Source of the DNA: Dipteris shenzhenensis
Lineage: Eukaryota
DNA: 64,000 bases
NCBI GenBank assembly: GCA_047967505.1
Contig: CM106538.1
Strand: one strand, 5' to 3'
Under the pieces are notes generated by a model that saw only the letters and a list, made by a program, of their open reading frames with translations, was not told the DNA's origin and did no database searches. Positions 24,401 through 36,100 of the stretch are shown in pieces (within the stretch, counting starts at the first letter, position 1; each line of letters begins with the position of its first letter). The position numbers were made by a program, and so were the translations under genes.

Positions 24401-26067
24401 TTCTACTCTTGGACTTTGAGAAAGCTTATGACAAGGTAGACTGGGGCTTTTTGGAGGGCACACCTACTCGTTTTGGCTTCTCAGATGCATGGATCAGAGG
24501 GGTGTCAGCCCTCTACAGATCAGCCCACAGCCAGGTTCTTATTGGTGGAGTTAGGGGAGACAGGTTTGAGATTACCAGATCAGTCCGTCAGGGATGCCCC
24601 CTAGCTCCCTTTTTATTTCTTTTTGTGGCTGAGGCTATGAGCTATTACATTAGAGCTCAAGCTGGAATTGTAGGGCTCAGGCTCCCTCTGAGGCATGAGG
24701 ATGAGCTCTTAGATAGTGAGTTGGTAGATGACACGACTGTATTTTTGGATGCCACTCCACAGACACTAAATTCATTCAGGACAGCATTGGGTTTGTTTTG
24801 CATTGCAGCAAGTGCACACATTAATTGGAACAAATCCAATGGCTTTTGGATCAGTGATGAAGATACTCCAGTTTGGGGGATTGACATAGGGTTCACTTGG
24901 ATTCAGAGGGGAGTCTCCGTCAGATATCTGGGATGCCAGGTTGGGTTGGGCATCTTTCCGGCACAGCAATTCGCTCCCGTGTTGGAGAGTATCAAGAGGA
25001 AACTCATCTTTTGGAGTTCAGCCAAACTTGACCTTGCATCCAGAGTTGTGGTCGTGAACCAAGTATTATTGACCACTGCTTGGTTTGTTTGCTCATGTTG
25101 GTGCAGATCTTTTGGAGTTCAGCCAAACTTGACCTTGCATCCAGAGTTGTGGTTGTGAACCAAGTATCATTGACCACTGCTTGGTTTGTTTGCTCATGTT
25201 GGTGCAGATCTAGAGGTTGTATCGCTCAGCTCATGAGACCTATCAGGAACTTTCTATGGAGTGGTTTAGATGGCACCTCAGATGTTGTAGCTAGGGTGGC
25301 TTGGGAGACCCTCATTCTCCCCACAGGAGCAGGGGATCTCAATATTGTTGACCTGAGCTTGCAGTGTATGGCCTTTCTCTGCAAGTTTGTCATACGTGGA
25401 TTGATGCCTGGACAGGAGCCCTGGAAGGATTTTTTCTCACGCAGCATTCAGTCTTGCACCCCTTCTCATGGGGGAGATTAGTTGGACAGCAGTAGATGGA
25501 TCTTCACTTCAGCCCATCTCAAATCTCCCCCTTCCCCTCTCATGGCTGCTATTCTGAAAGCTTGGGGCTGCTTCAAAGACACTTCATAGGGTTCCACCCA
25601 CCTCTCATGAAGAGATTCAAAGCCAGCTAGTCATGTGGAATGACTTGATTTTGGATCATCATGGCAGGCCACTTAGAGTGTCACATTATATGCAGTGGTC
25701 TAGATGGGAGAGGGGACCTGCCTCTTCTGTAGGCGCTTGGCAGGCCTTTATGAGACTTCCAGAGGATCAAATACTTTTAGTAGTTGGCCACCTTAGAGGG
25801 AGTGCACTCAGGATACAGCAAATACATGAAGCCATTCTGCCAGAGTGGATTGACACAGATGACATGCCGCTTACAGAGTCCACTTGGTGGGGAGCGTTCT
25901 CAGGGATGGGCATTCTGTTACAGATCATTGCATTGCAGGATGCACATGAGGATACCCTTGTCTTTGATGTTCAATCGGGAGGCAGACTTATCAGATCTTT
26001 TGATTATATTCTTTTGGGGGTTGCATTTCAGCCTCTCAGGATTGCAGGATCTAGGCACCAAATTTTG
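21500..26067 (+). mobile_element. Degenerate LINE copy (5' UTR, ORF1 start, ~1 kb deletion at ~22645, EN-RT), 3'-truncated
   Basis: C-rich leader, homology to the 10048 copy, ORF 24229-25158 with RT motifs; start approximate. Confidence 0.88.
21868..22196 (-). mobile_element. Solo LTR (Copia-type family) with 5-bp TSD
   Basis: Minus strand TGTTGG...TTCA; TCCTT at 21863-21867 and 22197-22201; homologous to 45864-46157 and 59691-60192. Confidence 0.88.
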
Positions 26068-27102
26068 TGATCAACAGAGTGAGCTTTCATTTCAGTACGT
26101 CTAAAGGGAAGAAGAGATACACAAGAAGAAAAGTTTTTCAGTTCTTCTCTATCTAAGGGTTTAGGAGGTGGAGAGAAAGATTGAGAGAGGGTTTCAAAGG
26201 AGGCTTTATCATGAGGAGAAAGAAGATAAAGGTTGATGAAACTATGAAAATTGTTGTTTGAAGGGGCAAGACCAGCAGGGATGGGCGAGAAAAAACACCC
26301 GTGAGGATGATGATGTCATGGGCAAGACCATGAATGATAGAATGATACTAATTTAGAGAATTAGTATCATTAAGGTCAATGGCAGCAAGATTGGAGACAA
26401 CTCTCTGAAGTCTAGTAAGGGCACCATCACTTCCACTACGAGAGAACTTTAGGAGCTTTATCTAGTCATTGAGAGAAAGTATTTTGATAAGTAGAGGAGC
26501 ACTTTTAGCGAGCGTTTCGAGATCACGAGTTCTAGTAAAAGCGAAGAACTCAAATTGTTGAAAGCAAGTACCACTTGGGAAGCAGGAGAGGGAGTCAAAA
26601 GTGGGTTGTTGAGAGACTTTGATTGGAACGAGATGTCCCATGAATGTTTCTGAAAAGAGAGGAAAAGAGGTTAGAAAAAATTAATAAGTTAGAGAAAGTA
26701 GTAATGTCTGAGGGGGAAGTCCGCTCACTTCCGGAGGTGTTACCGGAGGCCTAAGGCCACTGATGTGAGAAGCGTGAAGTGGGTGATGCGTAGACCTATG
26801 ACAAAACTCTACCTTAGCTGCACTACACGTGATGCATGAAACTATGACACAACACTAGTCCAAGGTGCTACGGAGTGTTGAGTGCTAGAACATGAAGAAC
26901 AAACCCAGAAAGGAGATAGGAAGGAACAACACTAATAATAGATAACGGAAAAAGCGATAGACAAGAGCATAACGCGAGCAAGTGCGTATCATAGAATGAA
27001 GGGATCCTCATACACTAGTCTCTCCGAAACAGAGATCAAAGATCACTTCTCCACAGTAGCAATTCAGAATTGTATGGGGATTGAGAGTGAGAAGGTGAGA
27101 GG
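26068..27102 (-). mobile_element. Probable LTR-retrotransposon 5' fragment (partial LTR 26761-27102 plus leader)
   Basis: 26830-27063 is homologous to 28525-28760; minus strand reads ...CATCA-G-TGG, a PBS-like position whose tRNA I cannot identify. Confidence 0.55.
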
Positions 27103-28186
27103 TGGCATAAATCCAATGGCTTTTGGATCAGTGATGAGGACACTCTAGTTTGGGGGCTTGACATAGGATTCACTTGGGTTCAGAGGGGTGTGCCTGTCAG
27201 GTATTTCGGCTGCCAGGTCGGCTTGGATATTTCTTCCACGCAGCAGTTTGCTCTCATGTTGGAGAGCATCAGGCTTTTTTGGAGCTCAGCCAAGCTAGAT
27301 CTTGCCTCTAGAGTTGTGGTTGTCAACCAGGTCCTCTTGGCCACGGTCTGGTTTGTTTGTTCTTGCTGGTGCTATTCTAGGGACTGCATCACTCAGATCA
27401 GGAGACTGATCAAAAATTTTCTTTGGAGTGGGCTTGATGGCACAGCAGATACCTTAGCCAGGGTGGCTTGGGAGACCCTCATCCTTCCTACATAGGAAGG
27501 GGGTCTCAATATTATTGATCCAGATTTACAGTGCAGAGCTTTACTATGCAAGATGGTGGTGCAGGGACTTATGCCAAGGCAGGAACCGTGGAAGGCCTTT
27601 CTTATTAGCAACATACAGAGGTGCACACCTTCTTCAGGAGGAGACTGGATGAGCAGTATTAGGTGGATCTTCACCACAGCACACCTCAGATCACCTCCGT
27701 CTCCTCTCATGGTTGCCATTCTGTAAGCATCGGCCAGTTTCAGGAGCACTCTTTGGAGGATTCCTCCTTCCTCTCGTGAAGAGATTGATAGGCAACCCAT
27801 CATGTGGAATGACAGTATTTTAGATTATCATGGCAGACCACTTGGTGCCTCACTCTACATGCAGTGGTCCAGGTGGGAGAGGGGACCTGCATCATCTTTG
27901 GGGTCTTGGAAAGCTTTCCGCAGGCTTCCAAAGGAGACCAAATCTCAATTGACAAGACATCTCAGAGGGAATGCAGGGAGGATCTTGCAGACTGAGGTAG
28001 CCCTTCCAGAGGAGTGGGTAGACACAGATGATATGCCACTCACTTGTTCTAGTTGGACAGGTACTTTTACAAGAGGCGGCGTTCCGCTTCAAGTTTTGGC
28101 CTTTCAAGATGCATAGGAGGATGCTTTAATTTTTATTGTGCAGGATGGTGACAGAGTGCTCAGATCCACAGAGGACATCTTGCTTG
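27103..28186 (+). mobile_element. Internal LINE ORF2 fragment (RT C-terminal region)
   Basis: Closely matches 14437-15530 (WHKSNGFW..SSAKLDLASRVVVVNQV..). Confidence 0.9.
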
Positions 28187-29363
28187 TCACGCGAGGTGGA
28201 GGGTGCAAATAGTGAATGTCCAGCCATTGACTCATGTGACGTCTCTTCCAGCACCTGATTCCCTTTGTCTTGTGCTGCACCATGTCTCAAATGTCTAGCA
28301 TGTGACTCATGTAATGTTTCTTCTATAACCTACTTCCCTTTATGTTGTGCCATACCATGTCTCAAGGGCCCTCTTTCTTGGAGGAGATTGGAAGGTCCTA
28401 GTTGCTCCTCCGTACCCTTGTTCTGTCCTAGGATTGTCACTTCCTTTGCGAACTGCACTATTCTGAACTTCCGGGAACGAAACTGAGGTGTGCTTCCCTC
28501 CTCCTCAAAACTACTAGCACTGCATGATGCGCGAACCTATGGCACAACACTAGTCGAAGGTGCTACGGAGTGCTGAGTGCTAGAAGAGGAAGAACAAACC
28601 CAGAAAGGAGATAAGAAGGAACAATGCTAATAACAAATAACAGAGAAAGCGGTAGACAAGAGCATAGCGCGAGCAAGTAAGTATCATAGAGAATGAAGGG
28701 ATCCTCATAAGCTAGTCTCTCCGAAACAAAGATTAGAGATCACTCATCCTAAGTAGCAATACACCATAACAATGCAACAGGCAAGCTCGTAGCTGTAGCC
28801 TCTCTCCTTCTCACTCTCAATCCCCGTACAATGCTGAATGAATCCCCATCCCCCTCATCTCCCCTCTTCACCCTCGCCTTCCGGATGGGAAATCCCCTCT
28901 CTTTCTCCTATTGATTGTCTCCTCATCCTTAGCCATCCCTCCACTGAGTCTCTTCATGTCTCTTGCAATGGCTAGGTTGCGCTGAGTTGATGCGTTGTAA
29001 CTACTCCATGTGCACTGCCTGCAACCACCCTGTATTTGACAAGGCACCGTGAGATGAAACATCTATGCCACCAATAAGTCAGGTCTACAGAGGTTGGCAG
29101 AGCGTAACTGCGCGACCTGAAGACCCTTGACGCATGACCATGTGCTTGGGTGATATGTCCTCTTGATGACTATGTCCCCATGTGACTATGTCATCCCGGT
29201 GACCATGTCCTCTCCATGACTTATGTCATCTTGTGACCATGTTGACTTGTGTCAACCTTGTGACCATGTCATCGCCATGACTTGTGTCATCCTTGTGACC
29301 ATGTCATCCCCTGACTTGTGTCATCCTTGTAACCATGTCATCCCCTCACTAAGTGACTGGACA
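28187..29363 (-). mobile_element. Gypsy A-like internal fragment (28187-~28512) joined to a partial LTR (~28515-29363) containing TGACCATGTCATCC-type tandem repeats
   Basis: 28400-28510 resembles 5265-5370; LTR part matches 26830-27063; repeats at ~29135-29345; ends in CA at 29363. Confidence 0.6.
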
Positions 29364-29739
29364 TAGCTAGTCCTGCATGATCTCTTTATAACAATTCAAG
29401 AAGCCAAAAGAGGCTTTAATGACTTAAGTGTACTATGTGTAATCATCCAAAAGTTTCAAGGGAAAGAGCATGTGTGTGGAATACTTCCAAATACACACAA
29501 ATAGGGTCACACTAATGCAAGGGGTTCATCGCACGCACACATAGACAAACACTTTTAGCTCCGAATTCCTAACACATGCACACTTCTTTTTTTGGTAAAT
29601 TTTTTATGCTTTATATTATACAGTAATGGGGAGCTCAAAAGTACATCAGCAGAATATCTCACTATATGATAAGTATACATGATAGTCTATGTAATGAGTT
29701 TGCGACAATCAAACGAAAGATTGTTCTTGAGAGTGTTGA

Positions 29740-30350
29740 AAAAAAGAAAAAAGAGGATCACCAAAGACTCTATGATTTCTATCCTTCCATAGAGTCCAAA
29801 GTGCCCAATAAACGACAACTCAAACCCTGTCTGCGTGGGTGAATCCCAAAAAGCTAGAAATTCTTGCCAAAGGTAGCATTAGGAAATCTAGCTCTCAAAC
29901 ATTGTCGAAGAAGACCCAAGAGTGGACAATGATAGAGGAGATGAGGCACAGATTCCTGTGGAGCCAAACATCTATGACAAACAGCCAGAGCAATATGTCT
30001 TCGTGCCAAGAGCTGTCCAGACAGAAAAACCCTCAGCATCAGCCGCCATAAAAAACCCTGCTGTCCAAGAGGAACTTTGGATCTCCAAAGTTGCCACAAT
30101 CTCTTCCTACCGGGAATTTATGCGCTAGACTTGATTTGCCTTATGTGAAACCCAAGGTGGAAGCAGCAAAACTTTATATAAGGAAGGTACCGTAATGTGA
30201 GATAGCCTCAAAGAACGGGCTGATGAAGCAAGGGAATGACAAGTCCAATCTTCAAGCCTATCCTGAAGCTCAAGTGGAGGTACCGGCAAAAAAGGCTGAA
30301 GCATATGAGCAATATTTGCCTCAGAGGACGATAATGCATCCCTATTGCAA
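29740..30350 (-). mobile_element. Fragment of a different L1-clade LINE (zf-RVT region)
   Basis: WQLWRSKVP..FLWRL..CHRCLAPQESVPHLLYHCP; not alignable to the dominant family at DNA level. Confidence 0.7.
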
Positions 30351-30539
30351 TCAAAGAAAAAGATATCATGGTACCATCATATGAACGGCATCAACCACAG
30401 AGTGGGATCCCTTTGAAACTAATAAAGTAGGAACGTCTAGGTTTCAAGCCCCCCCCCCCCACACACACAGAGGTCCAAATTCCTAATGCACACACACAAC
30501 AACAAATACTCAATATCTTTTCCTTTTTATAGCTGAGTC

Positions 30540-31492
30540 TATGGGCTTCGTCTTGCAAGCTATTAGTTAGGGGACATTGGGGCTCTCTCTTCTGATTACG
30601 CAAGAGTAGGAGCTATAAGATACTGAGTTTGCAGATGACACATCAATCATAGTCAGGGCAGATCAGCAGAACTCACCACCACTGCCACATCCATTGATTG
30701 GTTTTGCCTAGCCTCAAGAGGACTTCTTAACGGGAATAAACCAAAAGGATTTTTGGCAAGTGCTGTGCAAGATCCTCTAGATTGGGTTGCTGAAAAACGT
30801 TCTTTTTTGGGTTCCTAGAGGCACTTCCACTAGTTATCTTTGCTTTCATTTAGTATTGATGTGTCTTTGGCTCAATAGTTTACACCTGTGTTGGAGAGTA
30901 TACGAAGGAAGCTAGCATATTGGAGCAATTCTAGACTTTGCACATCAAAGACCAAGGCATCCACATCCGTATCTTGCCGGAGACAGTCAATCTCTTGTTA
31001 TGAGGAGGAAGGGATCCTTCGAAGAGAATTCTTGAGACTGCCCCAACCTTTTAAGATGGAAGCCATAAGGGGAAAGTCAAGCATCCTGAAGTGTGTCGAC
31101 AAAAAGATCCATCGAGTGTTGTCCATCCAATCACCACCTGAGGAGGGGCACTCAAAGCCTGAGTAGTGTCACCCTTCTCAAATCTTGGCCAGTACTTGGA
31201 CAGATATGATACACACTCTGATGGCCATTCGGGCGACCATGCAAGGATCATCTCGAGCAGCCTCCTCCAGGAGAGTTACTTTTCTCAGAGATTGGAGAGA
31301 CTCTCCCTTCTTTGCTGAGACTTCTACAGGGTTGAGATGGCATTTTCAGCCTCAGCCTTGGTTTCTTTCTACCTCATTCCTCTGAGGTGTTTTTATTACA
31401 TGCTTAGCATGGTGTATTTCCGCACAGAGCTTGCCCTAGCGGGTTTCTTTCTTACTTAATAGAAGTCTCTTTTTTGAAAAAGAAAAAAAAAA
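30540..31492. mobile_element. LINE debris: old RT fragment (+, ~30540-30945), inverted piece (-, ~30985-31150), 3' end with poly(A) (+, ~31165-31492)
   Basis: TEFADDT and LESIRRKLAYWS; family 3' tail TTACTTAATAGAAGTCTCTTTTTTG-A(n). Confidence 0.75.
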
Positions 31493-33107
31493 GAGTAGAG
31501 TCAATATTGTTGTTCAATGTTAAAGTCTAGTCTTTCCTCTCTACAAAGAAGTCATAGGCATCCAAGCAATAAGTCTCCTTTCAACCAAACAGCCTTTCTT
31601 CACATGCTCAGAAGGACTCATCTTGAATCGTATTATTTTTCATACACATACGTAATTCTTCATTTTTACTTTTCTTCAAATCGTGGACACAAGGTGCCCC
31701 AATTTAGAAGACTCCTTGCTATATTTAGCTGCTTGCTAAACCTTTCTTACCCTTCCCATGTCTTCACTGATTCACTAACATTATTCTTCCCCTTAGGCAT
31801 GTATCTCTAGGTGCAATGTTAATGAACTAACCTCGAGGCCCCAAATCCTTCTAGTTGTCTCGGACCTCGATCATCAAAGAGACTCTTGGCAGCTAATCCT
31901 TGATCAATCTTATAACCGACCAAAACAATCAAAATGAGCCTCAGAGCTTCAAGGATGCTCAGCATAATCTGGCATGGCAGAAAGATATGGAAGCTGGGAT
32001 TAAATCCATTGAGAAGAATGCCACATGGGACTTGGGTTTTTTTTTTTTTTTTTAAATGAAAAGTACTTCATTAAGTATGAATAAAAATCGCAGAGCAAGC
32101 TCAAGTGCGGGAGTACATCATGTCAAGCATGAGAAAAAACAGCTCAGAATAAGCAAACAAAAATCCCGGGTGGTGGCTGAAAATGCCACCTCATCCCTGA
32201 AGGAGAGTCAGAGAAGAAAGGACAATCCTTCTAGACTCTGACCTAGCAGTAGCAGTCTGGAGGTTCCCTGCATGTTTGCCCAAATGGCCATCAAAGTGTG
32301 TATAGTATCTGCCCAGATATCTGCCCAAATACTAGCCATAGTCTGAGAAGGGTGAACTTGGGAGTCCTCCAAAGCCGTTCTACATCTAGCTCTCCAAATA
32401 TGCCATGCTGTGATACTAGCTAGAATCTCCCAAGATGTGTCTACAGAACCATGGGGAGCTCTGAATGGAGTAAACGGAACATCCTGGAGGGAGCATGACT
32501 CCACAAGATGCGCCCATTGGAAAAAATGTGGTTGGCACGAAATGGATTTATAAGGTGAAATACCATTTAGATGGCACAGTTGAGAAATACAAAGCCCGTT
32601 TGGTTGCCAAGGGGTATGCACAAGAGGAGGGAATAGATTATGAGGAGACTTTTGCTCCAGTGGCCAAGATGACCACCATTCGCTCTGTCATCTCTCTTGC
32701 TGTGTTTTATGGTTGGTCAGTGTACCAGATGGATGTCAAGACCGCTTTCCTCAATGGAGATCTTAAGGAGGAGGTCTATGTACATCAGCCCCAAGGTTTT
32801 GAGGTGAAGGGGCAAGAGCACAAGGTATGCAAGCTCAAGAAGGCTCTATATGGGCTGAAGCAAGCACCTTGTGTGTGGTATCAGAAGATACATCAGTTTT
32901 TTATGTCCCAGGGCTTCGTAGACACTCATACAGAGCCAAATCTGTGTTTTGCAGCAAAAATCAGAATTGGTCATGTTGGTACTATATGTGGATGACATCA
33001 TACTCATTGGCACTGATTTGCAGCAAATTACAGCAGTGCAGTCCGCTTTATGTCACAACTTTGACATGACAGATTTCGGCCTATTGCATTATTGTCTTGG
33101 CATTGAG
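31493..33107 (+). mobile_element. Ty1/Copia pol fragment (INT-RT linker and RT), interrupted by a LINE
   Basis: [68 protein letters not shown]. Confidence 0.93.
32037..32505 (-). mobile_element. 5'-truncated LINE inserted in Copia RT
   Basis: Poly(T) 32037-32053, family 3' UTR, WEILASITAWHIWRARC; no TSD visible. Confidence 0.88.
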
Positions 33108-36100
33108 TTTTTTTTTTTTTTTTGCAAAAAGTAACTTCTATTAAGTATTAAAGAAAAACCGTTAGAGCAAGCTCCATACGGGATACATCATGCAAGGCAC
33201 GAAAAGCTCAAGAGCCAAAAAGAAAGGATTGAGGCTGATAGTGCCATCTCAATCCGGTAGAAACCTCCAAGAAAAAGGGGGAACCCCTCCAAACTCGAAG
33301 ATAGTCCTTCTAGAAGAGGCTACCCGTGAAGGGCCCTGCATGCTAGCCCATATGGCTATCAAAGTGTGAACCGTGTCAGTCCAAATACCCGTGAACACCT
33401 GTGATGGGTGTATCTGGGTGCCATCCAAGGCCTCAGTACATCTGACTCTCCAAATGTGCCAAGAGGAAATGCTAGCCAAAATCTCCCAAGAGGTGTCCAC
33501 TGAAACATGAGAAGCTCTGAAGGAAGTAAGTGGTACATCTTGAAGAGAGCAGGGCTCTATCACCTGTCGGCGGACCGAGAGTGCCCAAGAAGAAGCCTCA
33601 CCCTAATAAAACACCTGGGCCCAGTAAGGGATAACCATGCAACCGAGCCCCAAGTCATGAAGAAAGGGGAAGTGTGAAAGATGCTGAGTATCCGAGCAAC
33701 CCCTTTCCAAACAATCCTCGCCTGACCACAGTCCCAAAGGCAATGTCACGCTGACTCCTTTGCAGAATGACATCGAGGACAAGTGGGATCAGCCCCAAAA
33801 CGTGATCTCCACGGGTTCACTGCAATCCCTCCATGAATAGAAAGCCAAAAGAAAAGAGTGATCTTTCTATTTCTGAGGGATTTCCAGAGCCTCCTCCAGA
33901 AATTTATACGCAAATCTGCAGTGATGAAGAAGCTTTCCCAATGGGGGGCTCTGGAGGAAATCCAACCCCTACTGTTCAGCTAAAATCTCCTGGCATTACC
34001 AACCTTGAAACGAAAGAAGGGAATCCCCCTCTCTCGGTGCCCATGATCTATCCACTCCCACTCTCCTGGGTCCCACTGCAAGCACCTGATAGGTGCACCT
34101 CCATATAACCACAACCTCCAGGATCCCAAGGCCAAGAGCAGAGGGTCGGGGTCTAAGTACCACTGCAAGCCCGCTCCATGGTCTACAAAACCAGTGATCC
34201 TGACAGGCTAAAAGGCAACCTCAAGAAGAATGCCATCCTTGGATGTAGAAAGTAAACCTCCATCCCCAACATCAAAGACCAGTGCGTCTTCCACGAGACC
34301 TCGGAGAGCGATCACCTGTAAAGGAACCGTCCTCGAAAAAGCCCCCATCCAAGTGGTGGAAGTAATAGGCAACTCAACTGTCCATTCCACCGGTATGGCT
34401 GCATCTATCTGCTGAATCCTACGTGCTACCCCTCTGAGGTGACTCACGGACTGTAGTCTCTAATCCTCAGGTAGCTTGATAAAAGCTTTCCAAGTGCGTG
34501 TAGGTGGGGCCTCTCTCCCATTTAGACCACTGCATGTAATGGGAAGTGCCCAATGGTCTGGCATGCTTGTCAAGAATACTATCATTCCAAATGATCGGCT
34601 GCCTATCAATCTCTTCGACGGTAGAAGGTGGAATCCTTCAAAGAGTGTTCCTGAAGCTCCCCCAAGCTTTCAAGATGGCAGTCATGAGAGGAGAGGCAGG
34701 AGATCTGAGAGGGGCAGAAGTGAAAATCCAGCGAGGGCTGTCCACCCAATCATCTCCCAAGGTTGGTGTGCAAGCCTGAATGCGTCCAAAAAAGAAATCC
34801 TTCCAAGGTTCCTTCCCAAGCACGAGTCCCCTCACCACCACCTTACAAAGCAATGCCCTGCACTGCAAGTTCGGGTCGATGACATTAAGGCCCCCTTCAC
34901 ATGTAGGGAGAATAATGGTCTCCCAGGCCACCCTTGCTGCAACATCTGTTGTGCCATCAAGTCCACTCCATAAAAAAAAACTGACTGGTCTGATGAGCTG
35001 AGTGATGCAATCCTAGACCGGCACCAGCAAGAACACACAAACCAGGAGGTGGCCAAGAGAACCTGGTTCACTACCACAACTCTATATGCAAGGTCGAGTT
35101 CGGCGGAGCTCCAAAAAAGGAGCTTTTTCCTTATACTTTCTAGTACTGGGGCAAACTCCTGTGCTGGAGAGATGTCCAATCCTACCTAGCATCCCAAATA
35201 CCTGATAGGAACACCCCTCTGAATCCAGGAAAAACCAATGTCAACTCCCCAGCCTGGAGTGTCCTCATCACTGATCCAAAAGCCAAAGGATTTATGCCAG
35301 TTAATGTGTGCCCTTGCAGCTGAGCAAAAAATATCCAAAGCTGTCCAGAAAGAATCAAGTGACTGCGAAGAGGCCTCAATAAAAATAGCAGTGTCATCAG
35401 CCAACTCACAATCAAGAAGCTCCTGCTCCTGTCTCAAGGGCAATCTCAGCCCAAAAAGCTCAGCCTAAGATCTAAGGAAGATACTCATAGCTTCTGCCAC
35501 AAAAAGAAAGAGGAAGGGGGCTAAAGGGCATCCCTGATGAACTGATCTCGAAATCTGAAACCTGTCACCCCTTACCCCTCCAATCAAAACCTGGCTGTGG
35601 GCTGATCTGTAAAGGGAGGCCACCCCTCTGATCCAAGCATCTGAAAATCCAAACCGTAGAAGAGTGCCCTCAAGAAAACCCTAATCTACTCTGTCATAGG
35701 CTTTCTCAAAGTCCAGGAGTAGAACTGCTAGCCTCTGCCCACTCTGTGGCTTCCCAAAAGGAAAAGATATTATAAAAAATGCTCCTACCATGCACAAAGC
35801 CTATCCGAGTATCATGAATGAGGTTTGGAAGAAGGGCCTGTACTCAGATGCTGATCGCCTTGGCAAGGATTTTGTAAAGAGTGCCCAAAAGAGTGATGGG
35901 TCTCCAATGGGATACAAAATGTGTTGCCACCTTTCGGGACAAGGTGAAAAAGTCCCTCGGTCAGTGAGTCAGGCATCTCACCCGAGTCCCAAATGCCCTG
36001 CAGGGCTGAAGTAATATGATCACCTATCATATCTCAAAAGGCTATAAAAAAAGGAGTAAGACCATCAGAACCAGGGCATTTGCCCTTATTCTGTGTTGGT

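Noticed and set aside
29135-29345. Short repeats with variable gaps, superficially CRISPR-like
   Set aside because: Degenerate minisatellite inside an LTR-like sequence; no unique spacers or cas genes; eukaryotic context.
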